A stretch of DNA of 63,804 nt, counting the filler, from Octopus bimaculoides (Eukaryota), in NCBI RefSeq assembly GCF_001194135.2. It is 4 parts of 3 records of this genome, joined end to end, with 100 filler letters (N's around TTAATTAATTAA, not from the genome) between each part and the next. Parts side by side here need not be neighbours in the genome. Positions count along the whole stretch, not along the records: positions 36,772 to 61,576 come from NC_068986.1; positions 61,677 to 63,804 come from NC_068998.1; 2 more parts are not named here. The stretch is one strand, 5' to 3'. Position numbers and translations under genes: made by a program. A model generated the notes under the pieces. It had not been told where the DNA came from. It saw nothing but the letters and a program-made list of their open reading frames with translations, and did no database searches. The stretch's first letter is position 1. Each line of letters begins with the position of its first letter. Shown here piece after piece: positions 53,633-63,804 of this stretch.

Positions 53633-55643
53633 CACACATGTGCGCGTGTGAATGTATTTCATGTGCAGCGTAAGCAAAAAGAATAATCAATTACTTTAAA
53701 ACTGAATGTAATTAATTATGCAAGAATCTATACCTGTTGAAATATACTAAACGCACTCAGGTGCACCATTTGTATTATAGTCCATCAATTATGAAGTAAA
53801 TGGACCTACTGTGATACTATCGATGTTGTTTTCCAGTTTTTTTTATCATTTACATGTATGCTTGTGTACGTGTGTATGTGTGCTCATGCATGTATGTGTC
53901 TGTATATGTGTATGCATGCGTGCGTGTGTGTCTGTGTGTATCTGTATATGTGTGTGTTTAAGTGCATGTATGTATATGAATAGACATATGCGTATTGGAG
54001 TGAGGACTATAAATTATATCGGTCGTTGTTGATTTAGCAAAAATGCCAAATATATTCGCCTAAGAATAATATAAAATTATTCAGTCGGAGATCGAAACAT
54101 AATCACCTACTCCGCTGAGAAACCAAAAATTTGACTGTTTCTCCACACAACCTTAACACCATCCCCACCACACACCCAAACAGACACACACACACACACA
54201 CACATACATACATAAACAGACGTACACACACGGTGACTCACATATGTGAGATGAAAGCGTCTTTTAACCTAAATCTAAGACATTTGTAAGAACAAAATGA
54301 AGAAAATATATCCAATGAATCTGTCATCTTCGTATATTTTCCTATATTCCGTATGTGCGTGTATGTGTATGTATCCCAGTGTATGTGTACGTGTATATAT
54401 ATGCGTGTGTACTTGTCTGTGGTTGCAGGTTTGTATCTGTGTGTGTTATGTGTTCGGTAATATTCATTAAAAAGCCATTTCATTCTATAACCTCAGTTAA
54501 TTAAAAAGCTTCATGTTAATATGTTGGGAATATGGAGGAGTGATGTTAGGTTACAAGTGTCAGTGGACTTCTTGAAATTTTACAGTTATTCAATTATCTA
54601 TAATTAACACCTCAGGTGATTCACTTAAGTATTTCGTGTTGATGGTTAGTGAGAAATGTAAAAGATGATTAGATAGGAAAAAAAGTTGGGAGAAAAACGA
54701 GAGAGAAGATATTGAAAGACTTAGAAAGTGTCCTTGTATGCATATGTGTGTGGTTGATGTATGGGACCGACAGACATAGAGGGAAGTGGGGAGAGGTTAA
54801 TAGGAATATATAGATGTATAATAGCATAAAATGAAAAGGGGTTATTCTAGAGAAAAGAAGCAGCTGATTTATGAATGACAGGAATACAAAAGCATTGAGC
54901 ATACACACCCTCATTCACGCGCGCACACCAATGAAAACATGTGCAGAATACACAGACATAATGGGTCTAACAGAGGACACACATATATTATTGCACTTCT
55001 AAATGACGTAAAAGGGTTTCATTTCATCATGCACTCTCGCACAAAATATTCAGTTCCATTTAATCTTTCGGTCTATCTAAGTATATATATATATATATAT
55101 NNNNNNNNNNNNNNNNNNNNNNNNNNNNNNNNNNNNNNNNNNNNNNNNNNNNNNNNNNNNNNNNNNNNNNNNNNNNNNNNNNNNNNNNNNNNNNNNNNNN
55201 NNNNNNNNNNNNNNNNNNNNNNNNNNNNNNNNNNNNNNNNNNNNNNNNNNNNNNNNNNNNNNNNNNNNNNNNNNNNNNNNNNNNNNNNNNNNNNNNNNNN
55301 NNTTTACAAGAATATTATCAGGAAGCCATTATGTCTGTGTATTGGTCTTCTTCTGTTGGTTGTTTTCCTCGCATTCGGTACTAAATGTGTTTATTTTGGG
55401 AAGTCAAGCGTGTGGCATTATTTTGTTGTAATGCCCCTTATACAAATATATATATATATATATATATATTTATATGTACTAACTTATATACGTTATATGC
55501 ACACATCTATATCTAGAGAGTGTGTGATGCATGTGTGTGTATGTGCATGTGAGTGTGAGTGTTTGTGTGCGTTAGACATATATATTGAACCACATATATG
55601 GATAAGCAAATAAAATAGGTATGTATGTATGTATGTATGTATG

Positions 55644-55680
<37 letters not shown>

Positions 55681-56705
55681 NNNNNNNNNNNNNNNNNNNN
55701 NNNNNNNNNNNNNNNNNNNNNNNNNNNNNNNNNNNNNNNNNNNNNNNNNNNNNNNNNNNNNNNNNNNNNNNNNNNNNNNNNNNNNNNNNNNNNNNNNNNN
55801 NNNNNNNNNNNNNNNNNNNNNNNNNNNNNNNNNNNNNNNNNNNNNNNNNNNNNNNNNNNNNNNNNNNNNNNNNNNNNNNNNNNNNNNNNNNNNNNNNNNN
55901 NNNNNNNNNNNNNNNNNNNNNNNNNNNNNNNNNNNNNNNNNNNNNNNNNNNNNNNNNNNNNNNNNNNNNNNNNNNNNNNNNNNNNNNNNNNNNNNNNNNN
56001 NNNNNNNNNNNNNNNNNNNNNNNNNNNNNNNNNNNNNNNNNNNNNNNNNNNNNNNNNNNNNNNNNNNNNNNNNNNNNNNNNNNNNNNNNNNNNNNNNNNN
56101 NNNNNNNNNNNNNNNNNNNNNNNNNNNNNNNNNNNNNNNNNNNNNNNNNNNNNNNNNNNNNNNNNNNNNNNNNNNNNNNNNNNNNNNNNNNNNNNNNNNN
56201 NNNNNNNNNNNNNNNNNNNNNNNNNNNNNNNNNNNNNNNNNNNNNNNNNNNNNNNNNNNNNNNNNNNNNNNNNNNNNNNNNNNNNNNNNNNNNNNNNNNN
56301 NNNNNNNNNNNNNNNNNNNNNNNNNNNNNNNNNNNNNNNNNNNNNNNNNNNNNNNNNNNNNNNNNNNNNNNNNNNNNNNNNNNNNNNNNNNNNNNNNNNN
56401 NNNNNNNNNNNNNNNNNNNNNNNNNNNNNNNNNNNNNNNNNNNNNNNNNNNNNNNNNNNNNNNNNNNNNNNNNNNNNNNNNNNNNNNNNNNNNNNNNNNN
56501 NNNNNNNNNNNNNNNNNNNNNNNNNNNNNNNNNNNNNNNNNNNNNNNNNNNNNNNNNNNNNNNATATATATATATATACATACATATATATACACATATA
56601 TATATGTGCATATATACATTTGTTTAAGGGTATAGATATATGCACATGTTTAAGCATATACATATGTGCATATATATATATATATTTCTATGTGCGTATG
56701 TGTAT

Positions 56706-56742
<37 letters not shown>

Positions 56743-57348
56743 CATATGAGCAGATATATACATTTATGAGTATATATGCCTGACTGTATGTTTCAATATA
56801 CATAGATATATGTTTGTTTTATATATGGGGGTCCGTGATATTTTGTCTAGCGTGTGTATAAACATCTGTTTCGTTCATCACATATCTTACAAATATTTGA
56901 GCACGTATCTGTATTTATGCATGTATACAGCCGTTTGTCTATAGAAGATGTATATCATCAGCGTATATAATAATGTACCTAAAGTAAGACAGAATGTATT
57001 TTGCTGTATTGTATTTGCATTTTTAATTTCCATTCTGGTTTACCTAGTGACCATATCATCTTTGCTTATGTTCTTTAACGAAAGATTCTATGAAACGTGT
57101 CAAGACGTCAGTAAAGCCTGCCTTGGTATGAAACAGTGATGCCTATTACTCTCCTCATGAATATTTACACACTTATGCAAACGTATACAAGAGTTTTTCT
57201 GATATACAGCCACTCATACTAGTAAGTTTATTCTAGACGCATATATGCGTGTATAAATACTTAAATATATATATATATATATGTATTCATTGTACACATA
57301 CATATGTATCTGGGCATGAATGTGTGTGTAGAAATGTGTACGTTTATA

Positions 57349-57642
57349 CAGTAATCTCTCGCAATATCGCGGTTCACTTATCGCGGTTTATTATTTAAGC
57401 TTATGTCGATTCATCCGTGATGTTGTTTTGCTCTTTTACTCTTTTACTTGTTTCAGTCATTTGACAGCGGCCATGCTGGAGCACCACCTTTAGTCGAGCA
57501 AATCTACCCCAGGACTTATTCTTTGGATGCCTAGTACTTATTCTATCGGTCTCTTTTGCCGAACCCCTAAGTTACGGGGACGTAAACACACCAGCATCGG
57601 TTGTCAAACGATGTTGGGGGACAAACACAGACACACAAACAT

Positions 57643-57685
<43 letters not shown>

Positions 57686-58036
57686 TATATACGACGGGCT
57701 TCTTTCAGTTTCCGTCTACCAAATCCATTCTCAAGGCTTTGGTCAGCCCGAGGCTATAGTAGAAGACACTTGCCCAAGGTGCCACACAGTGGGACTGAAC
57801 CCGGAACCATGTGGTTGGTAAGCAAGCTACTTACCACACAGCCACTCCTACGCCTGCACACAGCCACTCCTAAAGAAAATATACACATGCGGTGCTCCAG
57901 CAAGGCCACAGTCAAATTACTGAATCAAGTAAAAGGATAAAAGAGTAAAAGTGTAGAGTGCTGTTTCTACTTCGTGTATTTTCACCTATCGCAGGGGTTT
58001 GGGTCCGTAAAACCCGCTATAGCCGAGGGATTACTG
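57349..58036. mobile_element. Tigger/pogo-like MITE interrupted by S1 SINE sequence
   Basis: TA|CAGTAATCTCTCG ... CGAGGGATTACTG|TA imperfect TIRs with a TA TSD. Confidence 0.8.
57425..57850 (-). mobile_element. SINE family S1, full length, nested in the MITE
   Basis: Reverse complement of the S1 head (TAGGAGTGGCTGTGTGGTAAGTAGC) through the tail. Confidence 0.92.
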
Positions 58037-58102
58037 TACATTTATATTTCTGAATATTTTAGTGTATGTGTAAAATTATATATATGCATGTGTGTAGTTA
58101 TA

Positions 58103-58138
<36 letters not shown>

Positions 58139-58775
58139 ATGTGTGTGGGTGTGTGTGTGTGTGCGTGNNNNNNNNNNTGTGTGTGTGTGTGTGTATGTGT
58201 GTGGGTGTGTGTGTGTGTGTGCGTGTGTGTGTGTGTGTGTATGTGTGTGTGTATGTGTCTGTGCGTGCGTATATGAATACATGCGTGCATGTGATAATAT
58301 ACGCTGTTTTAGACGCGTTTTGACCTTGTCACTACACAGTAATTTTCCTGTGTTTTTAACGGACAATTTTCAGAGGAATTTTCAATGGCCAGATAGCTGA
58401 AGAGATGTTGGCGTGGGCTCCCACCCTGGCATAAGAAATTCGAACTTTTATCATGGCTGCTGAATAAGTCACGCATGTTTATATATATATATATGATGTA
58501 CAAAACGATACGAATGAAATCCGAGTGCGCTTACCATGCACATTTGGAATGCAATGCAAGTACACAGCTAGTGGAATTGTAACATTGCCTGTCTGTGTTT
58601 AATCCTTACCAAGCAACGAAAAGTTGCTCTTTCAAATTTAAAGAGAATACCGTTCAATACTTTCTTCGAACTGAATGCTTATCTATGTATGACTAACATC
58701 TTATCAAGTATTAAGCACAGTTTGTCCATAGATTTTCGTTTAATTTTAAATATATTTAAATAGATTACAGAGTGT

Positions 58776-58990
58776 AAGAGGTGGTGCTGAGGATTTCCTC
58801 ACGTTATGGGTCTAGCGAAATGCCTAGTTGGAGGCCCAACCTTCCGATATTTTTGACAGAGCTTAGGGAAACTGAAGGACCGCTACAATAGGTTTGTGAA
58901 TCTGAGAGGGGAATATGTTGAACAGAATCATAATTCACTGATCCTCCTGTATTTTCTTTTGCCCAAAGCCAAGAACTTTACAACACGTCC
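58776..58990 (+). mobile_element. Short mariner deletion derivative
   Basis: Ends with ...NLRGEYVEQ (the mariner GxYVE terminus) and AAAGCCAAGAACTTT, a TIR-like end. Confidence 0.55.
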
Positions 58991-59954
58991 GCATATGTGC
59001 AAAAACTGTAATTTTTTTTTATTAAATGTTGCAATCATAATTAATTTAACCGATCTCCAATTATCTCCTGCTTTTATAAATACAGATGCATTCTGATCTG
59101 TAAAAAGTTTTGCAAGTCATAACTATTGAATACGGTTCATATTACTTAATAAGACCTTAGAAATTTTACACTGAATTAATGGTGAGATGAAATGACACTT
59201 GAAAGGAAACTCTTTAAATATTCAGCTAACGGAACTATCTTCGACAGAGCACAACTAATTACAATATGACTCTATTGAAGAGTGAGTGACTTCAGTGAGA
59301 ATTTAAAGTACATGGAGAACCCTCCTACCACTCTTACGAAAATATTTACGTTGATACAAAATGAATTTGGTTTAGTTCCGTATTGAATCTATTTATCTCT
59401 CCGAATACAACCAAGAAGGTGTATTTATCAATTTATCAACAGCTCGCATGCAAATATCAATACCATTACCTTTTAAATATATAATACTTACTCGCGTTTT
59501 ACTTGCACTCTTTTGCACTCAATTTCAGCTCAAAAAACTGACGTCTGATTTATAAATGTGGCTGAGCTACAACTGTGAAGAAAAAATAAATATGTTTCAA
59601 GATGCTACCTTATATTTGGGGGGAAATTTTAGTTGAGTAAATAAGGTACCCATAAATATAGACAATGTTAAAATCTAATACTTTCCTTAAACAGCACCCA
59701 ATTCCATATAGGTTTCACTTCACTCTCCCATTCTAGAGATATAACTTGCTCTGCATCACGTGTCTTTTCTCGACAAAAAAAAATCTCGGTTTATTGATCC
59801 TAATTTCTTTCAGAATAACCGAATATTACAACAGATACAATTTTTTTATCTACAGAAACTGAAATAACACTCTATTGCCACAACCAAAGATATCCGTTAG
59901 CGAATTTTAAGAAAATTAGTTCGAATATAAACACGTCTATATCATTGAAATATA

Positions 59955-60150
59955 GTCGGTGAGCTGGCAGAAACGTTAGCACGCCGGGCGAAATGCTTAA
60001 CGGTATTTCGTCTGCGGTTACGTTCTAAGTTCAAATTCCGCCGAGGTCGACTTTGCCTTTCAACCATTCGGGTTCGATAAATTAAGTACCAGTTACTTGC
60101 TCTCCATCACTGGGGTTGATGTAATCGACTTAATCCTTTTGTCTGTTCTT
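59955..60150 (+). mobile_element. SINE family S2
   Basis: Intact head and core. Confidence 0.88.
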
Positions 60151-60164
60151 GATGAGAATATTCC

Positions 60165-60720
60165 ACCTGTATTCCTTGAGTTGGTGTTTATGAATGTTTC
60201 CATAACAGAGGGACTTTCTCAGTTTATTTCTGGACAGTCCTTTTTGTGGATGCCATTGTATATTGTTTTAGGAACCACATCGTGCCACATAGGGTGGTAG
60301 TACGGAGACAAAATTTTAAGACAGCTGCTAATCACATGCGTAACGTCTTCCACAGGTACATGACATAGCCTACACATGCAGTTGCATCTTGGGATAATAT
60401 GACTGTTACTGTCTCTCTTGTACATCAGGTGCTTTGTGGCAATCTCCTGTTCCTGGATTGCAAACGCATAGCCTTCAAAGTGTGATGTGGTGTAGTTGTC
60501 TTGTGTCTAAGAGAGGCTGCGTTTCGTGTCAATTCTACTGTCTTCAAGCTTCCTGGCAACATACCTATGCATGGTCTTCTTTTTTAACTACTGGGTGCTT
60601 TCCAACCAGGTCTTCTCTGAGGTAAGAGAGCCCAGCTGTTTTGGGGCTCTAAAGGGGATTATCAGGAAGGGATTCTTTTTTGAGGAGATCTCTGCCAACT
60701 CGAAACGTTAAAGACGTTTT
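60165..60720 (-). mobile_element. RLE-type non-LTR retrotransposon fragment (post-RT region and CCHC knuckle)
   Basis: Minus frame FEGYAFAIQEQEIATKHL...CRLCHVPVEDVTHVISSC...YY...HDVV.KTIY. Confidence 0.88.
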
Positions 60721-60959
60721 CACTTCCCGAGTGTTATACTAATAATCTGTTTGTTGTCTGCACTACCTGTATTTGTCCTTTGTTTGTTTTTTTTNNNNNN
60801 NNNNNNNNNNNNNNNNNNNNNNNNNNNNNNNNNNNNNNNNNNNNNNNNNNNNNNNNNNNNNNNNNNNNNNNNNNNNTATATATATATATCAGTTTTATTC
60901 TTTATGTAATTCCTTCATTAGACTGCGGCCATTGCCTTGAAGATTTTGTGTTCGAATGA

Positions 60960-61045
60960 ATCGACCATATTAAGGTTCGTTTTGCCGAACCTCTAAGTAC
61001 CGGAACTTAAGCCGACATTACCTGTTGTTAAACGGACGTGAGGGA

Positions 61046-61084
<39 letters not shown>

Positions 61085-61290
61085 ACACATACACACACAC
61101 CCATACACACACACGTGTATGTATGTGTGTGTGTGCGTCTACGAAGGCTTCTTTCATTTTCCACCTACCAAATCTACTGACAAAGATCTGGTCGGCATAG
61201 ACTATAGCAATAGATACTTGCTCACTATGCCACGCAGTGGGACTGAACCTGGAACCATGTGATTGGATAGGAAACACTTTAGCACACGCG
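60960..61290 (-). mobile_element. SINE family S1, diverged
   Basis: Reverse complement of the S1 head and body, with internal (AC)n. Confidence 0.8.
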
Positions 61291-61367
61291 CGTATAAATA
61301 TAGGCTTGCAGATGAAAAACGTAACAGACATAGAAACAGTCAGACACATATACAGACGAAGAGAGGG

Positions 61368-61456
<89 letters not shown>

Positions 61457-61676
61457 CTGATAGACAGATAGATAGAAAGAAAGATAGATAGATAGATAAT
61501 CTTTTTATTATAGCCACACAGGGCTAAATACAGAAAATGGACAAATTACAAAGTAGAGCTTTTCTTGGGGGGGGGGNNNNNNNNNNNNNNNNNNNNNNNN
61601 NNNNNNNNNNNNNNNNNNNNTTAATTAATTAANNNNNNNNNNNNNNNNNNNNNNNNNNNNNNNNNNNNNNNNNNNN

Positions 61677-61779
61677 ACCTTGGGTATGTGTCTTCTACTA
61701 TAGCCTCGGGCCGACCAAATCCTTGTGAGTGGATTTGGTAGACGGAAACTGAAAGAAGCCCGTCGTATATATATGTATA

Positions 61780-61827
<48 letters not shown>

Positions 61828-61990
61828 GGTTTGTGTGTCTGTGTTTGTACCCACAACATCGCTTGACAACCGATGCTGGTGTGTTTACGTCCCCGTAACT
61901 TAGCGGTTCGGCAAAAAGAGACCGATAGAATAAGTACTAGGCTTACAAAGAATAAGTCCTGGGGTCGATTTGCTCGACTATAAAGTAAAA
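61677..61990 (+). mobile_element. SINE family S1 (head lost in gap)
   Basis: TATAGCCTCGGGCCGACC...GAAGCCCGTCG...CTGGGGTCGATTTGCTCGAC. Confidence 0.88.
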
Positions 61991-62107
61991 GAGTATATAT
62001 ATATTGTATGTGTGTATGTATATATATATATAAATATGCATATTGTATGTATGTATATGTATATATTTATAAATATACATATTGTATGTATGTATATATA
62101 AGAATTT

Positions 62108-62650
62108 GGAATGCCAACCTCTCCTTCATTGGACACTAAACTCTGCTTGTGAAGACCTGTTGGGGCAAGTGAAATCGAAATTGAACCATATTCGATGACT
62201 AGTCACCGCGCCAGTGGAGCACTAACAGCATTGTCGAGCGTGTTCATTGCCAGAGCAGCTGTCTGGCTTCCGTGCTAGCGGCCGTAAATAGCACCATTAG
62301 AGCGTAATCGTTACCAGTGTTGCCTTCTAACACTTGTGCTAGTGGCACGTTAGAAAATCCTTCAAGCGAGGTTGTTGCCAGTGCTGCTGGACTAGCTCCC
62401 GTGCAGGTGGCACGTAAAAAACACCTTTTGAGCGTGGCCATTGCCAGTCCTTTGTGACTGGCCCTCGTGCTGGTGGCACGTAAAAGCACCCACTACAATT
62501 TCAGAGTGGTTGGCGTTAGGAAGGGCATCCAGCTGTAGAAACATTGCCAGATCAGATTGGAGCCTGGTGCAGCCTTCTGGCTTGCCAGTCCTCAGTCAAA
62601 TCGTCCAACCCATGCTAGCATGGAAAGCGGACGTTAAATGATGATGATGA
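62108..62650 (+). mobile_element. Non-autonomous RTE-related retroposon with (GAT)n tail
   Basis: Contains GGTTGGCGTTAGGAAGGGCATCCAGCTGTAGAAAC (RTE-5'UTR-like, from recall) and internal GTGGCACGT repeats, and ends TTAAATGATGATGATGAT. Confidence 0.65.
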
Positions 62651-62699
62651 TATGTATATATATATATACATAATATATATATATATATATATACATAAA

Positions 62700-62744
<45 letters not shown>

Positions 62745-63607
62745 NNNNNNNNNNNNNNNNNNNNNNNNNNNNNNNNNNNNNNNNNNNNNNNNNNNNNNNN
62801 NNNNNNNNNNNNNNNNNNNNNNNNNNNNNNNNNNNNNNNNNNNNNNNNNNNNNNNNNNNNNNNNNNNNNNNNNNNNNNNNNNNNNNNNNNNNNNNNNNNN
62901 NNNNNNNNNNNNNNNNNNNNNNNNNNNNNNNNNNNNNNNNNNNNNNNNNNNNNNNNNNNNNNNNNNNNNNNNNNNNNNNNNNNNNNNNNNNNNNNNNNNN
63001 NNNNNNNNNNNNNNNNNNNNNNNNNNNNNNNNNNNNNNNNNNNNNNNNNNNNNNNNNNNNNNNNNNNNNNNNNNNNNNNNNNNNNNNNNNNNNNNNNNNN
63101 NNNNNNNNNNNNNNNNNNNNNNNNNNNNNNNNNNNNNNNNNNNNNNNNNNNNNNACCGATATTTAAATATCGATTTTATCAAGTGGCCAGCATGGGAATA
63201 AAAACCATCAAAGGTAACAATTATTAAAAATTATAATTTAGGGTATCTAAGAGATACCGCCATGTTGAAAATAGCAGCCAAATCTTGATTCTAAAATATA
63301 TAAATATGCATTTACGTATGATTTTTTGGATGTATGGACATTTTTGTGTAAAAATGTATTTATTAAAACATAGGTTTGTTTATATATTCAAATATGAGTG
63401 TACTTGTGAATAAGTATGGGAGCATATTCGTGTAGATGTATTTTTTATTTTTATTTTTAAAAAAATATAAGTAAACATTTAGATGTTTGTGTATGTGTAA
63501 ATATAAATGTGTGTATATGATTGTGTATACAAGTTTATGTGAATGTGCGTGTCCACATGTGTATGTATGTGTATATACATATATATATGTGTGTGTCTGT
63601 GCATGTA

Positions 63608-63638
<31 letters not shown>

Positions 63639-63729
63639 GTGTATGTATGCGTATGTATATATGTATGTATGTGTATGGGTATGTGTGCATGTGTATGTAT
63701 GTACATGTATTTATATGTATGTATATATA

Positions 63730-63804
<75 letters not shown>

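Noticed and set aside
55311-55377. Hydrophobic candidate exon NIIRKPLCLCIGLLLLVVFLAF
   Set aside because: The acceptor context is lost in the adjacent gap, the donor is weak, and T-rich DNA readily yields hydrophobic peptides.

Overview
This is repeat-saturated animal genomic DNA. The SINE families and extreme microsatellite density suggest a coleoid cephalopod, most likely Octopus (inference from recall, not a database match). Roughly 7 kb (about 11%) is N, and most gaps are flanked by (AT)n or other simple repeats. Three 100-bp joins (44 N + TTAATTAATTAA + 44 N; linkers at 16461, 36716, 61621) look artificial, so the window is best read as four pieces whose adjacency is unproven. Nearly all long ORFs in the track are microsatellite or N read-through artefacts. 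Well-supported content is transposon debris: two abundant tRNA-type SINE families, RLE-type (R4/Dong-like) non-LTR retrotransposons, RTE and CR1/L2-like LINE remnants, a Penelope GIY-YIG fragment, hAT, Tc1/mariner and Chapaev-like transposase relics, and several MITEs. Host genes are only suggested: two promoter-like motif clusters (about 27.0 and 33.0 kb) and a few short candidate exons I cannot name. I found no convincing novel biological system. The best second-look items are a stack of (TAA)n-associated retrotransposon 3' ends nested in an older LINE, a ~280-bp foldback element, an RTE insertion with an apparently long target-site duplication hidden in a microsatellite, and a sharp CpG-content switch.
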